DNA of 63,611 nucleotides, filler included, from Craspedostauros australis (taxonomy: Eukaryota), in NCBI GenBank assembly GCA_030167865.1. It is 11 parts of 11 records of this genome, joined end to end, with 100 filler letters (N's around TTAATTAATTAA, not from the genome) between each part and the next. Parts side by side here need not be neighbours in the genome. Positions count along the whole stretch, not along the records: positions 12,759 to 41,932 come from JALAGF010002818.1; positions 42,033 to 43,945 come from JALAGF010002820.1; positions 44,046 to 45,429 come from JALAGF010002822.1; positions 45,530 to 51,089 come from JALAGF010002823.1; 7 more parts are not named here. One strand, given 5' to 3'. Positions 37,053 to 49,501 of the stretch are shown here, one piece after another (positions within the stretch are counted from its first letter, which is position 1; each line of letters starts with the position of its first letter). The notes beneath the pieces were generated by a model that made no database searches, had not been told where the DNA came from, and was given only the letters and a program-made list of their open reading frames with translations. The position numbers and the translations under genes were made by a program.

Positions 37053-37499
37053 CCAGGCATGCAACCATTCTAATCGTTACCAATAGACAATTGCACCGGT
37101 AGTTGTGTATGCCATGTGTTGTCACGACGATATTGTTCAAGAGCAATCATACCATTACAACCAATGCGTACTCTAGTCGTACTCTCCTCGAGAGTTTGCT
37201 GAAATTTGCTTCGCTGCCTCTAGTCTGTAGACTGTAGCGTACAATGCCAGCTGGCTGACTTGGTTCCTCATTCATCAATCGCCCAACCACAGAGACAGCG
37301 ACAACCAGAAGAATCACAGTAACGGCAGCATCGGCAACAATGACAGCAACGACGTGATTGATGCATCAAAAGAGGATGCTTGGTGTCATCTACATTGCGT
37401 GCATGGTGGTGGCAACGAACTCACCGTCATCATCATCTCCGTCATCCCCGTCATCTTCACTCCAACGCAGAAGCGAAGCAGAAGCGAAGCAGCAACGGG

Positions 37500-38230
37500 A
37501 ATGGGAGTGAGAATGAGAATCATCAACGAATACGGAAGATCGCAGTCATCGGTGGTGGCATCGCCGGTCACTCCTTGGCGCATGCTTTCGAGAACATCAG
37601 CAATGCCGACACCAACGACAACAACGTTGCTTGGAAGGCATGATCCGAGGCCGAGCGCATCCAGCAACAGGTGCGACAGCAGATCAATGATGCCAAGATC
37701 CCCACGCACACCATCAGGCCCATCATCGATCGACTCATCCACAATGCCGATGGTTTCTTCGAGTTGGGGATCTACTTCCACAGCCCTTTGCGTGACGGAC
37801 CAAGGCGATGGTGGCCACCACCGGAAATCGCAACCGTGGCTGCAATGGAAGCACCAGCGCAGACAAGGCCGCCATCCTGACTATCTACGGTGATGCGGCG
37901 CACGTCATGCCTCTGTTCCTTGGACAGGGCGCCAACCAGGCCATCCAAGATGCCAACTGTCTGGCCAATGCCATTCGGCAATACAATATGCAGTACGATG
38001 AACAAGTCAATGGCGGGAACAACCTCGAAGACATCCTGCAGATAGAATACAAGGACAAGCGATGGTCCACCATCACGAACATCATGATATCACGTTCAAG
38101 GCTGGTCTGCTGGGATACCTGAAGGTCTCGTCGGAACCGTTGGCCAAGTTCCGGGATGTGTCCTTCTTCACCATGGACAAGACGGGCGTTGCGAAGAAGA
38201 TCTTTCTGGATGCCGCAGTGCCGAGGATAT
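37500..38230 (+). pseudogene. Decayed FAD-dependent monooxygenase (internal deletion and frameshifts)
   Basis: Rossmann KIAVIGGGIAG, then in other frames ADGFFELGIYFH, IYGDAAHVMPLFLGQGANQAIQDA and KFRDVSFF..GVAKKIFLDAAVP; the middle of the enzyme (DG motif region) is absent. Confidence 0.8.
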
Positions 38231-38712
38231 GAGAATGTGTGGAGTGGTGTGAAATCGCGATGTGATGCAGATAGATTCTGTGGACGGCTTTCGCTTGTTG
38301 TTGACGGACCAGCCACACTCGTCCGATCCAGACATTCCATACTTCTCACCAACCACAACACTCAATCACAATCATTATCATTATCACAAGTTAACACCTC
38401 CCAATCAATCAATCAATCAACCACCTCCCTTTTCCATCTCACTCGTACAACAACACACTCACATTCACCAGAGTATCAAGACTGTCTTCATTCGTTGTTC
38501 TAATTACTCGACGAGCAGAGTTGTCGAAACCCATCCAGGATCGCATCAATCCTCGATGTACCATTCTTTTCACAGAGCAAGCAGAAGCAGCATCAACTCG
38601 GACGAACGGATCCGCTCTCTTGCCATCTCAGGTTCGCTTCAACATCTCACTGCCTTGCAGCAGAACGTTAAAAGTCTCGCTCATGGGATCCATTGTACCC
38701 ATTAGACCCGTT

Positions 38713-39957
38713 TCAAACATTAAACCCCAACGTGGGCTTCTTGTCATCAGCATCTTCCCAAAACAGGGCCTGTGGCCGCGACCATGTCTGAAGGGAACGC
38801 AGCACTGCTCTCACCTTGTTGTGATGATTTCGCCGCAAGATACGTTCAACAAGGGCTTCGTGCCAATGGGCATGTTCGGCACGCGGGCGTGGATCCATGT
38901 TGAGATAGGTGAGTTGGGTAGTCTGTTCCAAGGCTTGCTGAAGTGCTTCCATTCGTGCCGAGAGGGTCTCAGGTGGAACTTCAAACATCCTGGGAATCTC
39001 ATCGACATGGTATACGAGAGATGACAAGCTCTTGTTTCCCAGGAGTGATATCGATGTGTTGAACAGCGTGTCCTGCTCTTGTCGCGATAACCCGCTACAA
39101 AGATTGTAAACACTGAGCTCCTTCAGGTGTGATGCATCTGAAAGGAGTTTGACGATCTGGTCGACTTCTTGTCGTGAGGAGGTTTGGTGGGCGCTGTGGT
39201 CACGTCGGAAAGCTATGCTGAGCTTGTTGATGCGCTTGTTTGACTGGAATAGCTTTGCCAAGCTATCGCAACTGATACGGGCGAATAAAAAGGATACTTT
39301 GGTGACGCTGCAATTGTTTGGAGACAGCCATCTGCACAAATCAGCGCCCCCATTGGCAAATTTACAGAAACTAAACTGAACGTATTTGGAGTTTTGGGAG
39401 ATGTTGACCATGAGCTTGTCACAATCAACAAGATCACATGAGCACAAATCCACATGATGTGTCACAAGAGGGATATCGTGGAGCTGCTTTATCTCCACGA
39501 AGCATTGATGCAAGCGGATGCCTTCGTCGAATGAAGATTTGAGTGGGTGTTCGGCAGCCAATCGAAGCACGAAGCGAATGGCTTGCTTGTCTTCTTCTCC
39601 GAATTGATCATTGCTGCCGAATTCCAGATGCAGGGATCGAATACACATCCGTCCACAGCCGCTGTAACACCTATTGCTCAGTAGAACATGAGGTGATGAA
39701 GCTACGTGCTTGTGCCGCCGCTTCATCGATTCCAAATCAGCAAAGGTGAATCCTGCTTCGATGGCCATGTCCCAGTGTTCCATCTGCTTGGGTGTGACAC
39801 TGTAGCAGTCGATCTGCTGTCTTGGATGACTCTGTATATTGAACACGGTCTTCGGTGACAGCTCTTTTCCATGGAGTTGTTTCCAAAATGTCTTGAAGTC
39901 TGGATCATGATCGCTGTTGGTATTGGTGTTGGCGACATCATCCATGTTGTGGTTCAT
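38713..39957 (-). CDS. Hypothetical protein, RNI-like/degenerate LRR
   Basis: 414-aa intact ORF with periodic LxxLxL segments (VTKVSF, INKLSI, LKELSV, LSSLVY, LTYLNM). Confidence 0.65.
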   Translation of the reverse strand: MNHNMDDVANTNTNSDHDPDFKTFWKQLHGKELSPKTVFNIQSHPRQQIDCYSVTPKQMEHWDMAIEAGFTFADLESMKRRHKHVASSPHVLLSNRCYSGCGRMCIRSLHLEFGSNDQFGEEDKQAIRFVLRLAAEHPLKSSFDEGIRLHQCFVEIKQLHDIPLVTHHVDLCSCDLVDCDKLMVNISQNSKYVQFSFCKFANGGADLCRWLSPNNCSVTKVSFLFARISCDSLAKLFQSNKRINKLSIAFRRDHSAHQTSSRQEVDQIVKLLSDASHLKELSVYNLCSGLSRQEQDTLFNTSISLLGNKSLSSLVYHVDEIPRMFEVPPETLSARMEALQQALEQTTQLTYLNMDPRPRAEHAHWHEALVERILRRNHHNKVRAVLRSLQTWSRPQALFWEDADDKKPTLGFNV

Positions 39958-40943
39958 CCTTTTCTTGTTGTTGCTGATTGTTGCTGATTGTTACTGATGA
40001 TGATTGTTGCTGTTGGTGGTACAATCGTACGAGTAGAGTAGGTAGAATATGTGGTTCCAAATCAGTTGCGCTTGGATGGCGATTGTGAGCTCATCTGCTC
40101 AAGTTTGCTGTCCTCCATTTCATGATCCTGTGCATTGATCACGAAGCAACGTGTTGTCAGTCAACACGCCTACATGGACTGCGCAGTTCCACCACAGTGT
40201 ATGGTGTGGTACGACTATGGTGTGGTGTGGTGCGACCGTGGACAGCCACATCACAACCCGAAGCTGGCTAGCTAGCTCGCTCGCTCGCACGATACGACCT
40301 TCGATGATGCCCAACTTGGCCACGCTGTGCAGGTGTGCCTCTTCATGTGATACCATAGGTCGTGTCATCTGAGTAGGCACATTCCTCTGTGATGGTCTTG
40401 GGGGAGTCAACCACGATACTACTCCGATCAATACAGTCCTTCGGCAGTTGGATGTGATCGAACGACCGCAATGGGCAGATCCACGATGTGGAGAATCCAC
40501 CACGATGACTTCTTCGGTCGACATCAGAGGCGTTTCTCGTGTTTTGTGGTGAGGATGAGGATGACGATGACGACGATGATGACACCACTCGTGTTTCAAT
40601 CCACAACAAACGTATCCAAGACTCCTTCCTGCCACCACGATGGGATTGGCACGATGCAATCGTCAAACAGCACAACAACACCACAAGAAACAGACATGAA
40701 GCTTCTCCTCGCTTTCGTCTTGGCGCCTCACCATGTTTGTACAATGATCGTACCCATGCAAGCACAGAACGTCTCATCGTTGGTCGCCACTCGCATGGAC
40801 AAAGGTCAAGACAAGGAGGTGATTGGAGCAGTGCGTACATCATCCAGCTACCATCGCCACGTTGATCATCATGGTTGTAGTACAACCATCAAGCTACAAC
40901 ACCGCCATGTTCGTCATCACACCATGATCCATCCACGCAAATC

Positions 40944-41866
40944 ATGAGGATTCTTTCCATCACTCGCATCTGCGTGGCAGTTGCGCTCCCCAGTTCTGTC
41001 ATTGTCGATTCTACTGTTCGTGCTGATGATGGTGTTGATGGTGCTGGTGATGTCAAGCAACAGGATCGGGAATCGCAACTGAACATGACGCATCCACAAC
41101 GTCTGCGGCTGCTCTAACTGCGCATCCCCGCACATGCGGCAAGGCACGGCATGCGGCGCCAATCGCAACAGCAGCGCGATTCGATATTGAGGTGCTGGAC
41201 ACCGTCGATATCACTGGCATGAGACTTGCTCTATCCACAGTGGGTAATCAACCATATTCCATCTTCTACCGTCCCAGCTCATGGGATGCACCTGGTACCT
41301 GGACGGAGATTGCATCCGGAACCATCGAGGCGAGAGGTGTCGACGGGTTCACTGATGTGATCTCGTTCAATCCACCGCTGTCGTTTTCAGCAAGTGATGG
41401 CGTGGTCGCCATCCGCATCGACACTAGCACAAACCAATTGAGGGATATCGCTAACAGCATTGAGCCAATTCCGTCAGATTGGTTCGACTGCCAGAACGGC
41501 CCATTCACCATGTTCACGGGGATTTCGAGTGGCGTCGTTGGTGACAATCCTCCTCCTCTATTCAAAGGCATCTTCGATTACTTCATGGGATCGTTGGAGT
41601 CCTGCAACGGAAAATCGAAGATGCCGTCCGCTGTGCCATCACCCGCACCATCAACTCTTGCATCGTCCACTTCCTCATTCACTCCGTCTTTTCCACCATC
41701 TGCATCGCCGTCAAACCTTCCAAGCAACACAGCCAGCGGGGCACCTTCGATGCAGCCTACTTATGCACCTACCAGCTCAGCTTTCTCACCAATGATCCCT
41801 TCCACGGTATCCGTCATGCTGGTGATGGCCTTATCAATCATGACAACAGTCACGTTGCTAAACTAG
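40944..41866 (+). CDS. Putative surface (GPI-anchor-like) protein, apparently frameshifted near the 5' end
   Basis: Signal-like start MRILSITRICVAVALP at 40944 is out of frame with the main ORF (open from about 41051), which has a beta-rich domain, PSxxPS stalk and hydrophobic C-terminal tail. Confidence 0.55.
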
Positions 41867-42194
41867 GCTGTGAAATTGTCACGAAGACCATTCCTGCTCA
41901 TTCTTCAAAGTAGACCCTCCAAAAACACAGACNNNNNNNNNNNNNNNNNNNNNNNNNNNNNNNNNNNNNNNNNNNNTTAATTAATTAANNNNNNNNNNNN
42001 NNNNNNNNNNNNNNNNNNNNNNNNNNNNNNNNGCAGCGTCAACCAACAACACCAAACAAAGCAAAGAGAGTCACGATGATACTATAATATGATACTACTA
42101 TTTGGGATACTCTATCTCCGGCGATCAGCATGCTTGATTTGCGGTCAACGAAAGTCAGAGGCGTCGGCAGCGAGAGTTGCAAAACAAAACTGAT

Positions 42195-43782
42195 GATCCA
42201 GCCCGCCAGCACAACGCCTGCTGCGATGCCACCACCCACGATGAGGACAGCCACGATGATGACGGGGACCATGATGTTGCTCTTGTTCGATGATGGTTCC
42301 TGCAGCGTCGGCGTTGTGGTGGTGGCCGTCTGCGCCTCAATGTCAACGGAATGCATGCTTGTGGTGTTGCCGGTGTCCTGTTCGATCACGTTCTTCGGAT
42401 CGAGATGCTTGCTGGATCCCTTGGAGGGGTCCGATGGATTCTTTTCGCGTGAGCTGTTTGACTGGTGGATCTTGATTGATGGTTTGCGCCGGAACAGTTG
42501 TGGGCATCATGGGAGTGATGGATGTTTCGATGGAGTTGGTGCGCGAGACGAGCTGGGTTGGCATGTCTTCGTTGGTATCGTTGATATCGTTGATATCGTT
42601 GAGGAGGATGGCGGAATGAGTGGATTGACTTTTGTCCAAGACCACTCCGGCTGAAGCGGAACTGCTGCTCATGAGGCGGTTGGTGGATGTGGAGATGTGC
42701 ATTGACATTGGGTCTTTGGTGGAAGCTGGATCCTCACCGTCCATGTCCATGTCCACATTGCTGTGGTTGGATTCCTTGGAAAGGGAGTTGATGGAGTCCT
42801 GGTTGCCATGGTTGCTGTGGGATGAATTGGAGGTGGCGGCCGTGCGCTGGGAGCCGTCGTTTTTTGGCGGAGACTATGGAGGAGAAGAGGCCGGAATCCC
42901 CATTGGAATGGGCACCGAATTCGCCTGGCTTGCGTTTGTTGACAGTTCTGGTGGATGGTCGCTCCGTCTCGTCGCTCTCCTCACCTTCGACGACAGACTC
43001 CAGTCCACATTTCTGGCGGATGGAGGACATCCTCTTGGCGGCGGAGAAGCCGAAGGACGAGCCCCCGTCGGAGGAGGCGTTGGGGCTGCCTCTGGCCGGC
43101 GGGGGCGTCCTGGATGTCGCGGTGGTGGTGCTGTTGGTGTTGGGAGATATTCCGATCGGGCGTGGGCGCTGGTCGGATGTGGAACGGAATTCGTCACGAA
43201 AGGAGTCGTCTCGAATGGAGCCGTCCTCGTCTGTGAACTCGTCGAAGCCTCCGTCGGTCGTCTTGTCGCCCACTTCCTCATCGGAACACTGGCTATCGAT
43301 GTCGTCGTCTATCTGCTGCGTCTTGGCGCCGGCACCCGCGCTGACGTTGTGACTCTGGCTGTGGCTACGACTGTGGCTGTTGGCGTCGGCCGCGTTGACA
43401 CCTTCATCGTCGTCGCTGTCAATGTGGTCATCCAGGCCTTCGTCGAAGGGCTCCTCATCGCTGTCCACCACCCTCCTCGCACTGGTAGAGTCCATCATGT
43501 CGGCGTCGAAGTTCTGCTGCGAGTGCATGAAGAACTCTGCCTCATTGTCATCGCTGACACAGCCTGCTGCTTGCCGCCCAGTGTGTCCATGTACTTGGAG
43601 GTGTAGGCGGAGGCGTAGCCGGTGGGCGATGATGCTGCCGATGATGCTGCCGATGACGACATGGAGCTTGGTGATGGCGCAGAGTTGCGGCCATACTGGT
43701 GACCGGTCTTGCGTTCAATGCCGGACGTGGAGGAGGAGGACCGTGAAGCCTTGCTGGTGAATGGGAATCTGTTGTTTTCCAT
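42195..43782 (-). pseudogene. Disordered type II membrane protein gene broken by about three frameshifts and cut off after the TM
   Basis: ORFs 43782-43495, 43528-42734, 42756-42343 and 42389-42039 tile into one acidic/Ser-rich N-terminus ending DIEAQ...VPVIIVAVLIVGGGIAAGVVLAG. Confidence 0.55.
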
Positions 43783-44045
43783 CGATTTGTGTTGTCTTCT
43801 GTTGCCTTGTATTGTGTTGTTTTGGGAATGATCTGCTCTGTTGCTTCGTTCAATCGTTCAATCGTTCAATCGTTCAATCGCACAATGATCGATGCTCAAT
43901 GTTGAATGTTGAATGGACGGCCTGTTGCGACGAACGTGATTGCCGNNNNNNNNNNNNNNNNNNNNNNNNNNNNNNNNNNNNNNNNNNNNTTAATTAATTA
44001 ANNNNNNNNNNNNNNNNNNNNNNNNNNNNNNNNNNNNNNNNNNNN

Positions 44046-45429
44046 ACAAGGTCAACGACGACGAGTGCACCAACAACTGCAAACTCCCAACTTGCGGTGA
44101 CGGCATCAAGCAGGACGGAGAGCAGTGCGACGACGGCAACAGCGTCAATAACGATGACTGCACCAACAACTGCAGACTCCCACGCTGCGGTGACGGCATC
44201 AAGCAAGCCAACGAGCAGTGCGACGATGGAAACGAGGACAACACCGATGGCTGCACTAACGCCTGCAAGCTCAATCAATGCGGCGATTTTTACAAGCAAA
44301 TCCACGAAGAGTGCGACCTTGGGCCAAACAATAACAACGGCCCATACACCCGCTGCAAGACCGACTGCAAGCTCCCACGCTGTGGTGACAACCATGTCAG
44401 CTACACACAGGGTGAGGGCTGCGATCTCGGAGAACAGAACTCCAATGGTCCATACACTGAATGCAACGAGAACTGCAGGATCCCGAGCTGCGGCGATGGC
44501 CTTGTCAACAAGAGGCTCGGCGAGGAGTGCGATCGTGAAGGACAGAACTCTAACGGCCCCAACGCCCTGTGCACCAAGGATTGCAAGCTTCCGGTGTGCG
44601 GCGACGGTATCAGGCACACGGGTGAGGAATGCGATGACGGAAACAATGACAACAGTGATGGCTGCACTAACCAATGCAAGAAAGCACGATGTGGCGACGG
44701 CATCAAGCAAGAAGACGAAGAATGTGACGATGGCAATTCCAACGACGAGGATGGTTGCACATCTCAATGCAAGATCCTTCTTTGCGGTGACGGCATCCTG
44801 CAGGGAGGCGAAGAATGTGACGATGGAAACAAGGTCAACGACGACGAGTGCACCAACAACTGCAAACTCCCAACTTGCGGTGACGGCATCAAGCAGGACG
44901 GAGAGCAGTGCGACGACGGCAACAGCGTCAATAACGATGACTGCACCAACAACTGCAGACTCCCACGCTGCGGTGACGGCATCAAGCAAGCCAACGAGCA
45001 GTGCGACGATGGAAACGAGGACAACACCGATGGCTGCACTAACGCCTGCAAGCTCAATCAATGCGGCGATTTTTACAAGCAAATCCACGAAGAGTGCGAC
45101 CTTGGGCCAAACAATAACAACGGCCCATACACCCGCTGCAAGACCGACTGCAAGCTCCCACGCTGTGGTGACAACCATGTCAGCTACACACAGGGTGAGG
45201 GCTGCGATCTCGGAGAACAGAACTCCAATGGTCCATACACTGAATGCAACGAGAACTGCAGGATCCCGAGCTGCGGCGATGGCCTTGTCAACAAGAGGCT
45301 CGGCGAGGAGTGCGATCGTGAAGGACAGAACTCTAACGGCCCCAACGCCCTGTGCACCAAGGATTGCAAGCTTCCGGTGTGCGGCGACGGTATCAGGCAC
45401 ACGGGTGAGGAATGCGATGACGGAAACAA
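44046..45429 (+). repeat. Mis-oriented contig carrying a 783-bp tandem unit of the Cys-rich repeat gene
   Basis: 44046-44646 recurs at 44829-45429 (period 783) and is the reverse complement of 45530-46130. Confidence 0.92.
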
Positions 45430-45529
45430 NNNNNNNNNNNNNNNNNNNNNNNNNNNNNNNNNNNNNNNNNNNNTTAATTAATTAANNNNNNNNNNNNNNN
45501 NNNNNNNNNNNNNNNNNNNNNNNNNNNNN

Positions 45530-47883
45530 TTGTTTCCGTCATCGCATTCCTCACCCGTGTGCCTGATACCGTCGCCGCACACCGGAAGCTTGCAATCCTT
45601 GGTGCACAGGGCGTTGGGGCCGTTAGAGTTCTGTCCTTCACGATCGCACTCCTCGCCGAGCCTCTTGTTGACAAGGCCATCGCCGCAGCTCGGGATCCTG
45701 CAGTTCTCGTTGCATTCAGTGTATGGACCATTGGAGTTCTGTTCTCCGAGATCGCAGCCCTCACCCTGTGTGTAGCTGACATGGTTGTCACCACAGCGTG
45801 GGAGCTTGCAGTCGGTCTTGCAGCGGGTGTATGGGCCGTTGTTATTGTTTGGCCCAAGGTCGCACTCTTCGTGGATTTGCTTGTAAAAATCGCCGCATTG
45901 ATTGAGCTTGCAGGCGTTAGTGCAGCCATCGGTGTTGTCCTCGTTTCCATCGTCGCACTGCTCGTTGGCTTGCTTGATGCCGTCACCGCAGCGTGGGAGT
46001 CTGCAGTTGTTGGTGCAGTCATCGTTATTGACGCTGTTGCCGTCGTCGCACTGCTCTCCGTCCTGCTTGATGCCGTCACCGCAAGTTGGGAGTTTGCAGT
46101 TGTTGGTGCACTCGTCGTCGTTGACCTTGTCTCCATCGTCGCATAGTTCGCCGATGTGCTTGATGCCGTCACCGCACTTGGGGATGGTACAGTCTGCGGT
46201 GCACTGGGCGTTTGCTGCGTTCGAGTTGTGTGCCCCCATGTCGCATTCTTCGTTAGCCTGCTTGATTCCGTCGCCACATCGTGGCTTCTTGCAGCCGTTG
46301 GTGCAGCCATTGTTGTTGATCTCGTCACCATCGTCGCATTCCTCGTTCTCGTGCGTGATGCCGTCGCCACACTTGGGGATGGTGCATGTGGCGGTGCACT
46401 GAGCGTTAGGTCCATTCGAGTTGCCTGGGCCCTGGTCACATTCCTCATTGGCCTGCTTGATTCCGTCACCACATCGTGCCTTCTTGCATTGGTTAGTGCA
46501 GCCGTCACTGTTGTCGTTGTTTCCGTCGTCGCATTCCTCACCATTGTGCTTGATGCCATCGCCGCACCGTGGGAGCTTACATTCCTCGGTGCATTCATCG
46601 TAGTTGTTCTTGTTGCCGTCATCGCACTCTTCGTCGCCTTGCAGGATGCCGTCGCCGCACACCGGGAGCTTGCAATCCTTCGTGCACTGGGCGTTGGGGC
46701 CGTCGGAGTTCTGCGATCCGCGATCGCATTCCTCGTCGTCCTGCTTGATGCCATCGCCGCACGCCTCCAATTTGCAGGTTTCGCTGCATCCATCGTTGTT
46801 GACCTTGTTTCCATCGTCACATTCTTCGTCTCCCTGCAGGATGCCGTCACCGCAAACAAGGATCTTGCATTGAGATGTGCAACCATCCTCGTCGTCGGAA
46901 TTGCCATCGTCACATTCTTCGTCTTCTTGCTTGATGCCATCGCCGCAGATTGGCAATTTGCATTTGTTGGTGCAATCATCGTTGTTGATGTCGTTGCCAT
47001 CGTCGCATTCTTCGCCTTCTTGCTTGATGCCGTCACCGCAAAATTCGGTGGTGCACGAGTTCGAGCAGCTATCGTCGTTGATTGTGTTGCCATCGTCGCA
47101 CTCCTCGTTGCCTTGGAGGATGCCATCTCCGCACTTCGGGATCGTGCAGCTTTCGGTGCAGGCGGCGTCCACGTTGTTGGAGTTGGCCGCGCCCAGGTCG
47201 CACTCTTCGTTGTCTTGCACAATGCCATCTCCGCACTTCGGGAGGAGGCACTCGTTGGTGCACCCGTCGTCGTTGACATCGTTGCCGTCGTCACACAGCT
47301 CGCCTGTTTCGAGCTTTCCGTTGCCACAGACTGCGAACGGGGTGGGGTCACATTGTGACACGCAGTCGAGGAGGAAGGTGAATTTGATGGTTGGATATCC
47401 AGTGGTCAAATCGGCATGGCAGCACTCTGGGGTCTCGCCAGTACCAATGGTTGCGTCGATGGTTGGGTCTCGGACGTAGAGGGAGACGACGGCAACGGGC
47501 TTGAGGCAGAGGCATTCCGCGCGGAAGACCCCATCGGCAGGCTGCCCGGGCTCCAGATCGGCGTCCAAGGTGCACGTGGCTCTATTGAGGTTGTTCTCCG
47601 GATACTCGGTGTAGATCTCCTTGATGGATCCAGCCGTGGAAAACACGTTGTAGACCTTGAACTCGACGAAGGTCTTGTTTTGGCTGACGATCTCGATGGG
47701 AGGAAGATCGTAGCTGGCGCCTTCCGTGGAATGGAGGAGCTCATAGTCCAACGGGCAGACCTTGCTGCCAGTTGCGGGTTCATAGCTGTTCGCGACCGCG
47801 TCGCCTTGGGCGTACACAGCGGGGATGGCGGCAAGGGCGGATACGAGCAACGCCCAGACAGCACCCTTCCTTGCAAACTTCAT
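45530..47883 (-). CDS. Large secreted protein with Myxococcus-type cysteine-rich repeats (DUF4215-like), 3'-truncated
   Basis: Signal peptide MKFARKGAVWALLVSALAAIPAVYA, a roughly 150-aa Cys domain, then about 19 repeats of CGDGIxQxxEECDDGNxxxxDGCTxxC running into the linker. Confidence 0.9.
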
Positions 47884-49425
47884 CGTGATGGTTGTTTGGT
47901 TTGGTTTGGTTTGGCTTGTTGGCTTGTTCGTAGCTGTTGCTTTGGTTTGTTGTTGGTCGACACGTTGTATGTCGAAGTCGCAATGAGTCTGTTGGAAGAG
48001 AAGTGGCTTGGCGGCACTTTGGAGACGCTAAGCGGAAGATCTGATCATGAAACCAATGGCAGGCGTATTGTTTTTGCGTTGGGCGACAAGCAGGGTGGAT
48101 GCATGGTGAGTGAGGTGAGGTGGGGTGACATAGAGTAGAGTAGAGCAGAGCAGAGCAGAGTCGGTGCGGGTGCATCGCAATACGAAGGCACGGCGGAAAC
48201 CGAGGATTCCAACACGGCGAACTTACCACTCGAGTTTGGCTTTTGCACTTTGTTCGAGTGAAGAAATTGTGAGCGAAGAGGAAGTGGACAAGACAAAAGA
48301 ACAGAAATTGCTGTTTGCGCTCACGGTCGCCTTTCCACTAGTGCCGAGCACCACACAAACCCTTTGGGATGGTTTGTTTGCCCCAACAAGACCGATCAAT
48401 CACGATTTTCTTGCGTCAACATCCCTGCATATGCAGCGATGTGGGACCCCCAAGCGTCAACGACAGAGCCCAACGTGGCCGTGTGCTGGCTGTGAGTTCC
48501 CACCAGTGCAAAAGTTGCAGGTATCGTGAGTTGATCCAAGACCACATACTTTTTGACGGACAGAGCGCGGTGCATACAAGCCAGTACTCCACGCTACGGT
48601 ACCCTACGGCCCAGTCTGCACTCAACTTGAGGGAGATCAGCACTGGTATTTCCTGTGTCTCCGTGTACGCAGACAATGTTTGGGAACTTCACGATCTGTG
48701 ATCGGAGCGTTTCTGGAAAACGGGTTCATGCTTTGCTCCAGATTTATACGATTCCTCTGTCATTGATGAGGATATAAAGCGGCGATGTCCGAAGTATTGT
48801 ATTCTGATTTCCCAGGGGCCTTTGGTGCGGATGTGAAGCTCGAAGCGAATCGGCAATTCGACACGTGAATAGTAGAGTAGTTCTGATTGTTGATGCATTG
48901 TGATCAGAAATCGTGCGTAGATTGCCTCCTGCACGAGAACCACCAGTTCTTTTTGCTGTGATGTAAAGCACCCAAACGCGATTGGATGACCACAAGAATG
49001 TCGGCTGCGCAATAGCAAAGCATGAAGTACCGTTCGATTAGCACACTCGCTGCGTCTGTTCCATCAATGCCGTATTCACAGATCGATTACGATGCCCATC
49101 AATGACACTTGAGTGGGGCCTACAGTAGAGTTCTACGGTGAACGAGTATGTGTTGTGTGACACTGCCATTCTCTGTCCGTCATCCGCGGAGGCGCTCTGG
49201 GACCAAAGTGCTCAACGCGCTCGCCTTCCCAAGCAAACATCGAAACCCTCACGGGGTCCTCATTTGGCTCTCACATTTTGGCGACGCATGATAGGCGATT
49301 TGCGAAACGGAAAAAGACGAACGCTGATGGTGAAGCCTGGGGGCATGACTATTCCAACCAAAAGAGCAATGCCCCACCTCAGACTGTCTGTATTCCCCCC
49401 TCTCTCTCACTCTCTACCTCTACCG

Positions 49426-49501
49426 AAACAAACAAACAAACAAACAAACAAACAAACAAACAAACAAACAAACAAACAAACAAACAAACAAACAAACAAA
49501 C
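49426..49501. repeat. (AAAC)19 microsatellite
   Basis: Directly visible perfect tetranucleotide run. Confidence 0.95.

Noticed and set aside
44829..46130. About 600-bp perfect inverted repeat (hairpin or invertible segment)
   Set aside because: Symmetry is centred on a linker; explained by a mis-oriented contig from a collapsed tandem array.
43994..47479. Long alternative-frame and antisense ORFs (400-625 aa) over the Cys-rich gene
   Set aside because: Shadow frames produced by repetitive, biased codon usage.
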